DNA from: Parcubacteria group bacterium
GTDB taxonomy: Bacteria > Patescibacteriota > Minisyncoccia > Phycocordibacterales > Phycocordibacteraceae
Reading direction: 5' to 3'
Length of the DNA: 64,000 nucleotides
NCBI GenBank assembly: GCA_028286605.1
Contig: JAQBRE010000002.1
Span: forward strand, 60,219 to 124,218
The notes below the pieces were generated by a model. That model was not told the origin of the DNA, searched no databases, and saw only the letters and a program-made list of their open reading frames with translations. The stretch's first letter is position 1. Each line of letters starts with the position of its first letter. Positions 63,877 through 64,000 of the stretch are shown here, in pieces. The translations under genes and the position numbers were made by a program.

Positions 63877-64000
63877 ATGAAAATCTATTCCTGGAACATA
63901 CTTTGTTACAACACGAAGTTCAAAGAGATGTGCGATTTCATCGAGCATCTGGATTTCGACGTACTGTGCCTGCAGGAAGTAACGCCCGAGCTGCTCGCGT
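63877..64000 (+). CDS. Endonuclease/exonuclease/phosphatase-family protein, N-terminal fragment (runs off the window)
   Basis: MKIYSWNILCYNTKFKEMCDFIEHLDFDVLCLQEVTPELLA... echoes the Xth N-terminus (MKIVSWNVNGL...CLQEVK). Confidence 0.45.
   Translation, partial: MKIYSWNILCYNTKFKEMCDFIEHLDFDVLCLQEVTPELLA

Noticed and set aside
1-64000. CRISPR arrays, rRNA genes, transposase/IS elements
   Set aside because: No regularly spaced direct repeats, no rRNA-like conserved segments and no transposase-like ORFs were seen.

Overview
This window looks like a compact bacterial chromosome segment spanning the replication-origin gene cluster: dnaA-dnaN on the minus strand, divergent from rpmH-rnpA-yidC, with DnaA boxes in both flanking intergenic regions. 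The organism reads as Patescibacteria/CPR-like (Saccharibacteria-type), which is an inference from gene content. The evidence is a short HolA, a YqgF fused to a tRNA-binding domain, compact overlapping genes, type IV pilus genes (pilM/N/O-like, pilB), comM, and a Gram-positive-type type IV secretion cluster. I find 13 tRNA genes, no rRNA and no CRISPR array. Housekeeping genes include polA, tsaE, rplS, rpsT, rpsO, ruvA/B/C, yebC, a MurE-like ligase, PBP1A, pcrA/uvrD, rsmA, a tyrosine recombinase of the XerC/XerD family (no xer gene symbol is recorded), xth and cca. The largest accessory block is an ~12 kb minus-strand operon (36485-48627) encoding T4SS-like proteins: a PrgI/VirB3-like protein, a VirB6/TrbL-like polytopic protein, a pilin-like protein, secreted and lipoprotein partners, and a VirB4 ATPase whose N-terminal region and ATPase body are separate in-frame ORFs split by one TAA. 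Other points worth a second look: a small low-GC element (~1860-5150) carrying a large serine recombinase, inserted beside tRNA-His, with the recombinase 3' end overlapping the tRNA; a solitary MazF/PemK-like toxin next to a ~140-nt multi-hairpin element upstream of ruvB; a palindromic TTTCACGTGAAA-type motif found 8 times between 60.0 and 63.9 kb, including three copies inside the cca coding sequence; a diverged ~111-bp tandem duplication at 679-900; and a LysM/M23 peptidase gene whose likely membrane anchor lies upstream of any canonical start codon. All coordinates come from reading the sequence and the ORF track. Family assignments rest on recognised sequence motifs and were not checked against databases.
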